A DNA stretch of 59,744 bases, the filler included. It is 3 parts of 3 records of this genome, joined end to end, with 100 filler letters (N's around TTAATTAATTAA, not from the genome) between each part and the next. Parts side by side here need not be neighbours in the genome. Positions count along the whole stretch, not along the records: positions 1 to 26,922 come from SRR20825019_3160; positions 27,023 to 40,977 come from SRR20825019_3164; 1 more part is not named here. One strand, written 5' to 3'. A program made the position numbers and the translations under genes. Below the pieces are notes generated by a model, which worked only from the letters and a program-made list of their open reading frames with translations, had not been told where the DNA came from and searched no databases. Shown in pieces: positions 23,607 to 32,509 of the stretch (position 1 is the stretch's first letter; every line of letters starts with the position of its first letter).

Positions 23607-23870
23607 GCGACACTTGAGGTGGCAACATCCACCAAACGGCTTGAAGGCGACAGTGCTTTACACTCTTGGATGTCTTGGTGAGATATATGAGGAGTGGCGG
23701 GTTCCTGTCCCTGTTTGGGGGGTAGGGCGGTCCTTGCAGAGTGACCCTGCTGCTCCCAGGGGAAACGGGCCCTGCGGCCCTCGCCGGTGCTGGCCCGGCG
23801 GAGTGGCGGGATGAAAGTTTCCCAGCCGAGTCACCACACGGGGGCACCGCCCGGGCCTCATCGGCACTGA

Positions 23871-23882
23871 TTTGGCGGGAAA
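23871..23882. promoter_or_regulatory. E2F-like site TTTGGCGGGAAA upstream of FAN1
   Basis: Exact reverse complement TTTCCCGCCAAA, about 265 nt upstream of the FAN1 ATG. Confidence 0.55.
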
Positions 23883-23952
23883 GTTTGGCCACTTAATCAT
23901 ATCCGGTTATTAATTTATTGAGCTTACATCAATTAATAATACTATTAGCTAT

Positions 23953-25520
23953 CTAAAGTTTCTCAAGATGTAGCTCAATGCCCGCTTCTTGGGCAAGAGC
24001 CTTGAACTCATCCGCTTCTGCCGCACTCACAAGAAGGCCGCCTGCAAGAATACTTAGAACCGGTCTCCCCACCAATGCAAGTCAGGTACCATGCTTCATG
24101 CACTGGGCGTAGGCTCTAGCCTCAATCTCTCCGGGAAGAATGGCACCTGCATCCAACATGTATCACATCTCTGTCACAAGGCTTTGGCAAGGCCGTACCT
24201 GTGTCACGGTTACCGTGCCCAAGTACGTCATCTAGTATTGCTTTCACATTGTCGGAAACAGATCGATCCTGAACGAAATGTCATCATGAGAAATTGGCAT
24301 GCACACTCATACGAACATCCTCAAAGTTGCAACTGATAGCATCAGGTCGGATGGCTTGGAATATGAACGCACTCGTCTTTTTTCCAGACGTCTCTGTGTT
24401 CTTGAATCTTCCCCGGATAGTTGGGATACCGCCACCAGTGTACTGGTCACATTCATAAGCCACCGTCCTATCATTTACAATGCGCACCTACAGCGGCATA
24501 GAGCTCGTCGAGCAACCCCATTCCGTAACCCTTGTGGCCACCAAAGGGAAGGAGTGCGTTAACTTTCGTAGGATCTACGTGCACCAAGTTAGGTGGCAGA
24601 CTCACTACTCACATAGCGACTCACCATTTGTGGGGTTGCCTTCGGAATCTACCGCGCTTCCGTCAGGAAGAAGCTTGCCCTCCCGGGCGAATTGCTGAAC
24701 GCGACCCATTGCGGTGACGGATGTGGCGAAGTCAATGCAGACCGGGAACCCTACCGCGTCTTGAGTGGGAAATCCCCAGCTTCTAGTGCCTCAGAATTCA
24801 TCCTCTACGCACAAGACGCCAACGTACCTATGGGGGTTGGTGCCAAGGGTGGGGAATTTCCCGCAGAACGGCACCACCTCCGCCAGGGTGGATGTGCAAC
24901 CAGTGTATGCAAGGTAACCCTATCTGGCATCAATATACGCACGCTCCATCGTAAGCATCAAGGCCTCGCTAACCTTCTTGGCAGCATCAATCACATAACC
25001 GCCGCCCCAAAGGTAGTGGAATGCGTTGTCCACAGCCACCATCCCGACACCGTATTCGTCGGCCATGCGGCAGGCTTCGTCCATAGCTTCGTATGCGACG
25101 GCCTGGCCTGCAATACGCATTAGAATCCGATGCACTTGCGAAGCCAGAGCGCTCACCAATCTTCATATTGGCATTCCACTTCTGGACAGCCTTGTATTTT
25201 GATGGCAGTTTCTCGATGGTAGCGTTAGGCTTGCATCCCTCGGGGAATACATCAACAAGGTGAAGAGCTTGGAAGAATCAGCATGAAGCCATCACGGACA
25301 ACAGGAGTACCCACACCTTTTAGTGCATTGTGAGTCTTGATTCCATGAGCTAACGCCTATATGATACCGTTAGGTCGTACTATGCTACAGTGCGCATACT
25401 TACATCGCGGCATAACTTTGTTGCACATGATGCCTCTTCTTCAGAAAACCCCCTCCTTATGTAAGATGCAGTCACGATCTCGTCGTGCTTATCGAAAGGG
25501 AGAATGAACTCGTTGGCCAT
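23953..25520 (-). CDS. Malate/L-lactate (Ldh_2, YbiC/AllD-type) dehydrogenase family protein, multi-exon
   Basis: Motifs HGIKTHNALK, AYEAMDEACRMADEYGVGMVAVDNAFHYLWGGGY, GGKFPTLGTNP and FIFQAIRPDA, interrupted by short GT-AG introns. Confidence 0.8.
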
Positions 25521-26169
25521 GGGAACTTACAAAACCAATCTGCAGATAGTAAGTAATAGGTAAGAAGACTGCACACTTAATTAATTAAAACGCCCAGACA
25601 CTACACCCGCCTCAAACTATTCAGTGAGCATGGATTAAGCGATGTGGTCAGTCAGAATAACGTCACGCCGCTCTCAACTCCCGAGGGCACTCGGGCGATT
25701 CATTGAGTGCTGAGTGTGCCCAACTGAGTACTGTGAGGGGATCGTCAAGCTGAAGCACACATGCGACGATTCGGCGGCCACAGTGACGAGGTCCGGTAGA
25801 GACGGTCCCCGCTGGGTGGCCCGTGCTGGTGGCCCGAGTGACGGTACCCTGAGGAACTGTGATGAGCCGGCCTTAAGGATAAGGCTGGCCTCGTCACTAG
25901 TAGAGCGGGGGACTCTGCAGCAGCGGCTGCGCCCGTTTTTGCCGCGCGCACTGCCGGCGGCGCGGGGCCGGCGGCGGCCCCGGCGCACGATGGGCCCTAT
26001 GGTGAGGCGATCGCCGCGCCCCCCCCGCTTGGCAGTCGGGCGTACGGGCGTCGTGGGCACTCCGGTCGTTGACTTCCGTTCTTGACTGAATTGCGGATTC
26101 CGAGAATCCTTAGGTAATCACAACAATCACAGAAAATCAATTGTCAATTGAATAAGGCAACACCAAGGT

Positions 26170-26922
26170 TTACGTTTGAGTATCAGCATGCCGGCGTTGC
26201 TTCTGTGCAGCGGGAACAGCCTTGTCGTTGGATTTCCGATCCTTCTTCTCTCCAAGCAATGCTTTGCCTAGTTCTTTAGGGGATGGCAGTTCTCCAATGA
26301 TAGACATGACCTCGTCTTCCATTTCTGGCAGCTGATCAGTGACGATGCCCAAGGTATCACTATCAGGGGAAAGGTCTTTGTTGTTTCCTTCCAGTGACTC
26401 CACAGCCTCTTCACCAAGAAGCTCCTCATACTTTGCCTCCAGGCCCGCCATCTTCTCCATGTGTTTCTTCTTTATCTTCTCCAAGTGGTCGTTTAGCTCA
26501 AGAGTCTTCTCCTCCTTAACCCCGGATGAAATACTTTCAGCGAACTCGGCTAGGTTCCTCGGGGCGGGTGCATCTGTGGTGTTCCCAACCGACAATTCTT
26601 CATTGACTTCAAGATCTAAAGTAACAGGTAAATTCGCGGCAGGTGTATTCACGCCATCATGCTGTAAGGGCGAGGTACCTTTGCGGGAATCACTCGAATT
26701 CGCCCTTGGCGACTCAGCGTCAATCCTCTGCTTCCCCTTTTCAAACGGCTCCACTTGGCTAGCATTCTCCTCTTTCTTGGAAGTATCCCTTGTCGTTTTC
26801 TGGGATGCAGTCTTGCCGCTTTGGGTGGAGGATAAAGATGACTCACTCAGCTGCTCTAGATCAGATTCACTGACCAGAGGCAATTTCTCCGTCTTCATGC
26901 CCGTCGTCACCTCTTCAAGGCT
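26170..26922 (-). CDS. 3' part of acidic/Ser-rich hypothetical protein (5'-truncated by contig end)
   Basis: Open frame of 246+ codons up to the N spacer, low-complexity with a short coiled coil. Confidence 0.55.
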   Translation of the reverse strand, partial: SLEEVTTGMKTEKLPLVSESDLEQLSESSLSSTQSGKTASQKTTRDTSKKEENASQVEPFEKGKQRIDAESPRANSSDSRKGTSPLQHDGVNTPAANLPVTLDLEVNEELSVGNTTDAPAPRNLAEFAESISSGVKEEKTLELNDHLEKIKKKHMEKMAGLEAKYEELLGEEAVESLEGNNKDLSPDSDTLGIVTDQLPEMEDEVMSIIGELPSPKELGKALLGEKKDRKSNDKAVPAAQKQRRHADTQT

Positions 26923-27022
26923 NNNNNNNNNNNNNNNNNNNNNNNNNNNNNNNNNNNNNNNNNNNNTTAATTAATTAANNNNNNNNNNNNNNNNNNNNNN
27001 NNNNNNNNNNNNNNNNNNNNNN
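26923..27022. other. Artificial contig-joining spacer
   Basis: N run, TTAATTAATTAA (stops in all frames) at 26967-26978, N run. Sequence character changes from eukaryotic to bacterial across it. Confidence 0.97.
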
Positions 27023-27373
27023 CGGCTTGCCGGTGGCGTCGATCACCACGTCGATATTGGGGGTGGTGACCAGGGTTTCGGCCGAGGTGATGGCAATCTT
27101 GCCCGCCTCGATGGCAGCGGTGGCGGCTGCGGGCGTGTCGCAGACCTTGCCCATTGTGTCCTCGCCATAAGCGATGGTCATGGCATCGAGCGCTGTGTGG
27201 GGGCGACGGGTGGCGATGGCCGCCATCTCGATGCCGTTCATCAGGCTCATCTGGGTGACCAGATCGGTGCCCATTTCGCCCGACCCGATCACGCCGACGC
27301 GGATGGTCCTGCCCTCTTCGGCGCGCTGGGCGAGGTCACGGGCAAGGCCGGTCAGGGCGATCTTTGAAGGCAT
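27023..27373 (-). CDS. NAD-binding homoserine-dehydrogenase-like / SAF-domain oxidoreductase, 3'-partial
   Basis: Rossmann motif IRVGVIGSGEMG and DVVIDATG; typical alphaproteobacterial N-terminus MPSKIALTGLARDL. Confidence 0.8.
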
Positions 27374-27534
27374 GGGGCGGTCCAGTTCTGCTATCGCGCC
27401 TGCGATAACCCCGTGTGGAGGCGGGGGCAAGGATTGTGTTCGGGTAGCAGATGCGGCTTGGCGGTGCGGATCGCCATTCGAGCGTAGGTGTCCAGGCATC
27501 GTGCCCAGCCTTTCGAGCGTAGCTCTCAAGGCCT

Positions 27535-27669
27535 ATTCGCCTCTGATCGCGCCACTGGCGCGCTCAGCCCCTTCGGGTGAAGGATCGCCCTGCGAGCATA
27601 GCTCTTCGGGCCTATGACCCTCCAACCGCGCCACTGGCGCGTTTGGCCGCGATGCGGACCGGGTCATAG
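27535..27669. repeat. Rhizobiales-type intergenic mosaic palindromic element(s)
   Basis: CGCGCCACTGGCGCG occurs twice (27548-27562, 27627-27641). The second copy is enclosed by the inverted repeat CTATGACCC (27612-27620) / GGGTCATAG (27661-27669). Confidence 0.6.
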
Positions 27670-27738
27670 TTAGCAATTCTTAAACCGTTGGGGCTGAATA
27701 TGCAGCTTGGAGAACACTCCGGGGGCACCCTTACGAAC

Positions 27739-28029
27739 ATGGCCAAGCAAAACCTGCATTCGGTCGCCTTGCCTGAAATCATCGATCTCGATTCGATTGA
27801 TGGCATTCGCGACCAGTTAATCGACGCCTTGGAGGAGGGACCGGTTACGGTCCAGGCCGCTGCGGTCGAGCGGGTTTCGACCAATGCGCTGCTCATGCTG
27901 ATCAGCGCAGCGGAGACCGCCCGGAGACACCATTTTGAATTTTCTATTGAAGCGCCGAGCGCGGCCATGGGCGCCGCGATCGAACGGCTGGGCCTCACGG
28001 CCCGGTTTTCAGGGATGATGAAACAATGA
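27739..28029 (+). CDS. STAS-domain chemotaxis protein (CheS/CheX-like)
   Basis: Small STAS-like ORF overlapping the cheY start (ATGA), at the head of the che operon. Confidence 0.75.
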   Translation: MAKQNLHSVALPEIIDLDSIDGIRDQLIDALEEGPVTVQAAAVERVSTNALLMLISAAETARRHHFEFSIEAPSAAMGAAIERLGLTARFSGMMKQ

Positions 28030-28391
28030 CGTTGCGCGTACTCACGGTCGACGATTCGCGGACCATTCTGGCCATGCTGCATCACACGCTGAGCAATGCT
28101 GGCTTCGAGGTGCTGCAGGCCGAAGACGGCAAGCAGGGCCTGGATGTGCTCAAAAGCCAGACTGTGGATGTGGTGATCACCGATATCAACATGCCGGTGA
28201 TGGACGGGATCGAGTTCATCAAGAATGTGCGCGCCACCGGGCAGCACAATTCGCTCCCCATTCTGATCCTGACCACCGAGACCAGCCAGGACAAGCGCGA
28301 CCAGGGCAAGGCCGCCGGCGGCACTGGCTGGATCGTCAAGCCGTTCGATCCGGAAAAGCTGATTTCGGTCATCAATCGCGTCGTGCACTAA
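28026..28391 (+). CDS. cheY: Chemotaxis response regulator CheY1
   Basis: Stand-alone receiver domain: VDD, TDINMP, KPF; located before cheA. Confidence 0.92.
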   Translation: MTLRVLTVDDSRTILAMLHHTLSNAGFEVLQAEDGKQGLDVLKSQTVDVVITDINMPVMDGIEFIKNVRATGQHNSLPILILTTETSQDKRDQGKAAGGTGWIVKPFDPEKLISVINRVVH

Positions 28392-28434
28392 ACCAAAAAA
28401 CCAGTACGGACCCAGAAGGGTTGGAAGCTTAAGA

Positions 28435-30798
28435 ATGAGTGATCTCGACGACTTCAAGGCCACCTATTTCGACGAGTGTTCCGAGCTCCTGACCGAGCTT
28501 GAAGAACAGTTCGCCGCCATTGAAGAGGGCGAGCGCGGTGCGGACCGGCTCAATGCGGTGTTCCGGGCCATTCATTCGATCAAGGGCGGCGCCGGGGCCT
28601 TCGGCTTTACCGCGCTGGTGGGCTTTGCCCATGCCTATGAAACGCTGCTCGACTATGTCCGCGACGGCCGGATCGAATTGACCGACGATGTCGCGACTCT
28701 GTGCATCCGTGCCAATGACATTGTTGCCGACCACGTCAATGCCGCCCAGTCGGGCGAGGATCTGCCGGCCGATTACGGCGCCGAGGAAAAGGCCCGCTTC
28801 GACGCCCTGGCGCGCGGGGATGCGGCTTCTGAAAACGGGGATGAAGACGATCTGGATGGGGAAATGGTCGAGGAATTCGACCTCGATTTCACTCCCGTCA
28901 TGGTCAATCTCGACGCGCCCATGCCCACTGGCGAAGCGCCGGTCGAAGATGTGTTCGATGCTGCCCCGATGATGGCTGCCGACGGACAGTGGGAAATCCG
29001 CTTCACCCCGCATCGTGCGCTCTATGCCCGGGCCAATGATCCGCTGCTGCTGTTCCGCGAACTGGCCGCTTTGGGCACGATGAATGTGCGCGCCGTTCTG
29101 AGCGATGTGCCGCCGCTATCCGATTTCGAGCCCTTCGGCGTCTATTGCGCCTGGGAAATTACCCTGGTGGCGCCGGGGCTGGGCGAAGACGCCATTCGCG
29201 AAGTGTTCGAATTTGTCGATGGCGATTGCGATATCGTCATTGCCCAGGCCGGCACCGTGCCCGGCCTTGCGCTCGATGAACCTGAACCGGTCACCGAAAT
29301 TGCCGCTGAACCTGCCGCTGATGAGATGGATCTGTCGAGCCTGCTGGCCCTCACCGAGGAAGAAGTGGCCGCGCCGGCCGAACCGGTGGTGCCGCCGGTC
29401 GCGTTTGCGCCCGAGCCGCCGGCCGCAGAAGTCAGCCAGCAGGATAGTTTTGAAGAGGCCCCGGCAGATCTGAGCTTTGCCGCGCTCGCCGCCGAGATTG
29501 CCCCGGCGCCGGCGCCCAAGGCAGAAAAGCCTGCGCCCGTGGCGGCTCCGGCGCCTGCCGCCAAGCCGGCTGTGCCGGCTGGTGGTGGCGAGAGTGAGGA
29601 AAGCAGCGGCCGCTCGGTTGGCGTGCAATCGATCCGGGTCGATCTCGACAAGGTGGATCGCGTCGTCAACATGGTGGGCGAACTGGTCATCACCCAGTCC
29701 ATGCTGACCCAGCAGATGGATGAGACCCTGCGCGCCCGCTATACCGAACTGGTACGGGGCCTTGAAGTGCTGGCCCAGACCACGCGCGGATTACAGGATT
29801 CGGTGATGGCCATCCGGGCCCAGCCGGTCAAGTCGGTGTTCAGCCGCATGCCGCGCCTGGCGCGCGAGCTGGCGACCAAGACGGGCAAGAAGATCAAGCT
29901 CGAGACCATTGGCGAGAACACCGAAATCGACAAGACGGTGATTGAGCAATTGTCCGATCCGCTGACCCACATGATCCGCAATTCAGCCGACCACGGCATT
30001 GAGAGCCCGGAAAAGCGCCAGGCTGCGGGCAAGCCGGAATCGGGTACTATTCGGCTTTCGGCCGAACAGGCGGGCGGCAATATCCTGATTATCGTCGAGG
30101 ATGATGGTGCCGGCATCAATCGCGAGCGTGTCCTGGGTCTCGCCCGGGATAAGGGCATCGTGGCCCCTGAGATCACCCCGACCGATGAGCAGATCGACCA
30201 GCTCATCTTTGCCCCCGGCTTCTCCACTGCTGAGGCGGTGAGCGATATTTCCGGCCGTGGCGTGGGCATGGACGTAGTGCTCTCCAATATCAAGAAGATC
30301 GGCGGCTCGGTGCATGTGCGAAGCTGGCCCGGTCGGGGTACGCGCATGACCTTGCGCCTGCCGCTGACGCTGGCCGTGCTCGATGTCATGCTGGTCAAGG
30401 TCGGTGGCGGTCCCTATGTGGTACCGCTCTCCTCGATCGTTGAGACCATGCAGTGCAGCCGCGCTGCCTTCGAGCGGGTGCCATCGGGTGGCCGGGTGCT
30501 GCAGGTGCGGGGCGAATATGTGCAGGTCATCGACCTGGCGCAGCGCTTCGAGCTCACCAGCCAGCAGAACCCGGACGACCAGTTCGTTGTGCTCTGCGAG
30601 GCCGAGGGCAATCAGAAAGTGGCGCTGGTGGTGGACGACATCATCGGCCAGCAGCAGGTGGTGATCAAATCGCTCGAGGAGAATTTCGAGAGCGTGGACG
30701 GCATTGCCGGCGGCACCATTCTGGGCGATGGCAATGTGGCGCTGATCGTGGATGTGCAGGGGCTCAGAACCTCGCCCATCCACCAGAATGCCGCTTAG
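28435..30798 (+). CDS. cheA: Chemotaxis histidine kinase CheA
   Basis: P1 FRAIHSIKGGAG, dimerisation SIRVDLDKVD, HATPase HMIRNSADHG / SGRGVGMDVV, C-terminal CheW domain. Confidence 0.97.
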   Translation: MSDLDDFKATYFDECSELLTELEEQFAAIEEGERGADRLNAVFRAIHSIKGGAGAFGFTALVGFAHAYETLLDYVRDGRIELTDDVATLCIRANDIVADHVNAAQSGEDLPADYGAEEKARFDALARGDAASENGDEDDLDGEMVEEFDLDFTPVMVNLDAPMPTGEAPVEDVFDAAPMMAADGQWEIRFTPHRALYARANDPLLLFRELAALGTMNVRAVLSDVPPLSDFEPFGVYCAWEITLVAPGLGEDAIREVFEFVDGDCDIVIAQAGTVPGLALDEPEPVTEIAAEPAADEMDLSSLLALTEEEVAAPAEPVVPPVAFAPEPPAAEVSQQDSFEEAPADLSFAALAAEIAPAPAPKAEKPAPVAAPAPAAKPAVPAGGGESEESSGRSVGVQSIRVDLDKVDRVVNMVGELVITQSMLTQQMDETLRARYTELVRGLEVLAQTTRGLQDSVMAIRAQPVKSVFSRMPRLARELATKTGKKIKLETIGENTEIDKTVIEQLSDPLTHMIRNSADHGIESPEKRQAAGKPESGTIRLSAEQAGGNILIIVEDDGAGINRERVLGLARDKGIVAPEITPTDEQIDQLIFAPGFSTAEAVSDISGRGVGMDVVLSNIKKIGGSVHVRSWPGRGTRMTLRLPLTLAVLDVMLVKVGGGPYVVPLSSIVETMQCSRAAFERVPSGGRVLQVRGEYVQVIDLAQRFELTSQQNPDDQFVVLCEAEGNQKVALVVDDIIGQQQVVIKSLEENFESVDGIAGGTILGDGNVALIVDVQGLRTSPIHQNAA

Positions 30799-30897
30799 CA
30801 TAAAAAGGCGCATGGCGCTGTTAAGGAATTGGCGTCGATTGACGCGTTAGGATCAAGGCCAAGTGCCCAGGACGGGCGGAAGAAGAGGCGAGAAAAG

Positions 30898-31386
30898 ATG
30901 GAAGCGCTGAGCCTTCGCGACGATATGAGCGACAAGTCGGCAATTGCCGGTCAGAACACATTGCAATTGATCGCTTTTTCGATCGGCGAGCAGACCTATG
31001 GCGTGGAGATCACCACGGTGCGTGAAATCCGCGCCTGGAATGGGGCCACCCCGCTGCCCAATACCCGCGAATTCGTGCGTGGCGTGATCAATCTGCGCGG
31101 CACCATCGTGCCGATTTTCGACCTGCGCGCCCGCTTCGGCGACGGCCAGACCTCGCCCACCAAGAACCATGTCGTGGTGGTGATGAGCGTCGGCGACAAA
31201 TGGGTCGGCATCCTGGTCGACGCCGTTTCCGACATCCTCACGGTCAATCGCGACGATATCCACAATGTCCCAGAGGGCAATTCGATCGATACCGAACTGC
31301 TCAACGGCATCGTCACCCATGACAGCCGCATGGTCGGCCTGATCGACCTGCATGCGGTCGTGTCCGGGGCGAAGATGGACGGCTAA
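30898..31386 (+). CDS. cheW: Chemotaxis coupling protein CheW
   Basis: VRGVINLRGTIVPIFDLR and VGILVDAVSD motifs. Confidence 0.95.
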   Translation: MEALSLRDDMSDKSAIAGQNTLQLIAFSIGEQTYGVEITTVREIRAWNGATPLPNTREFVRGVINLRGTIVPIFDLRARFGDGQTSPTKNHVVVVMSVGDKWVGILVDAVSDILTVNRDDIHNVPEGNSIDTELLNGIVTHDSRMVGLIDLHAVVSGAKMDG

Positions 31387-31413
31387 GTCCGATCTGGTTC
31401 AGATGAGATTTTG

Positions 31414-31444
31414 AAGAGGGCGCCGCAAGGCGCTCTTTTTGTTT
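31414..31444 (+). terminator. Rho-independent terminator after cheW
   Basis: GAGGGCGCC-GCAA-GGCGCTCTT followed by a T tract. Confidence 0.8.
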
Positions 31445-31550
31445 GGGGCGGTGGGGGGCGGCCCACTATTCGCTTAGCGCTTGACAGCACCGCATTGAGA
31501 TAACTTAGGATCACCGCTCGTAAGCCATTGTGAGCGCTAGGAACGGCCAG

Positions 31551-32036
31551 ATGGGAGACGCTTCGTCCACGGGACAGAAATCGCCTTGGCTGGAGCGCTC
31601 TCTTGCCTTGGGTACGGTTGCGATCTCAATTGCTGCCCTGGGGAGCACCGCCTGGTTGAGCTGGAACGCAAATCGGCTGCAACAAGGCGACAATACGATC
31701 AACGTCATTGCCGCCTATGGTGGCGAGTCGGTGCGCGAAAGCCGGTCTGCGCTTTATGCCATCGCGCGCAGGGAAACAAACGATCCAGCGCGCCGCGCAT
31801 GGGATTTTGCCGAAGTCGCCTCGTTGCGGGGCGCTTTGGGATTCGTGGCGACGTGCTACCGCGACGGGCTGTGCCTGGCTCCGACCGTGATTGACTATTT
31901 TTGTGTAGACGTCGTGAAATATGATGACATCTTCGGCAAAGGTGCTCCGGAGTTCCAGTCGGTTATACCGGCAGTCTCCGATGTGGCGTTCAATGAGCTG
32001 GTTGAGGACTGCAGGGTCATGGAGGCTTCCCGATGA
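31551..32036 (+). CDS. Membrane-anchored hypothetical protein (single N-terminal TM, Cys-containing helical domain, DUF4760-like)
   Basis: TM segment SLALGTVAISIAALGSTAWL and CYRDGLC..YFC pattern. The stop overlaps the next start (ATGA). Confidence 0.65.
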   Translation: MGDASSTGQKSPWLERSLALGTVAISIAALGSTAWLSWNANRLQQGDNTINVIAAYGGESVRESRSALYAIARRETNDPARRAWDFAEVASLRGALGFVATCYRDGLCLAPTVIDYFCVDVVKYDDIFGKGAPEFQSVIPAVSDVAFNELVEDCRVMEASR

Positions 32037-32506
32037 AGATTGTCCCTATGCTCGGCCCGGCCGTGGCGCTAGCCAGTCTCGTCCTGACGACAAATGTGCA
32101 GGCGGCACAATGCGTGGGCGTCGCCCAGGACGACTATTTGCAGTCGCGCTATATTTTCTGCCGAAGCTTTATCGCCGCAGAACTGAGCCAGATCTATGCC
32201 GAGTTGCGCCTCGACGGCTCGGACCGCGCCTTGTCTCTTTCAGATGCAGAACAGTTCATTGGCAGGCTCAACGCCCTGACCGAGGGATCAGAGGACAGCG
32301 ATATCGACGATGTCCTCTCCAACAGTCTGGTGCTGCGCGCGACGATACGGGGATTAATGGCCGAAGAGGTCTATTCGGCTCAGGTCAGGGAGCGCTACTG
32401 CGCGCACAAGTACAAGCCCGAGGACCGCGACAACCTGATGCTGCCCAATCCCCTGGATCCCGAAGCCGTCAGGGACCTTGACTACTTTTTTGGCTGTGGC
32501 GACTAG
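32033..32506 (+). CDS. Exported hypothetical protein
   Basis: Signal peptide ending VQA-A, GGAGG Shine-Dalgarno, four Cys residues. Confidence 0.7.
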   Translation: MKIVPMLGPAVALASLVLTTNVQAAQCVGVAQDDYLQSRYIFCRSFIAAELSQIYAELRLDGSDRALSLSDAEQFIGRLNALTEGSEDSDIDDVLSNSLVLRATIRGLMAEEVYSAQVRERYCAHKYKPEDRDNLMLPNPLDPEAVRDLDYFFGCGD

Positions 32507-32509
32507 GCC

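Noticed and set aside
25577..25588. TTAATTAATTAA identical to the contig linker
   Set aside because: No flanking Ns. It sits in an AT-rich promoter stretch upstream of the Ldh_2 gene, and similar TTAATTAAT occurs near 7447, so it is probably natural rather than a hidden junction.
26880..27100. Apparent eukaryote-bacterium junction as horizontal transfer
   Set aside because: The junction is an artificial N/linker spacer, not contiguous DNA.
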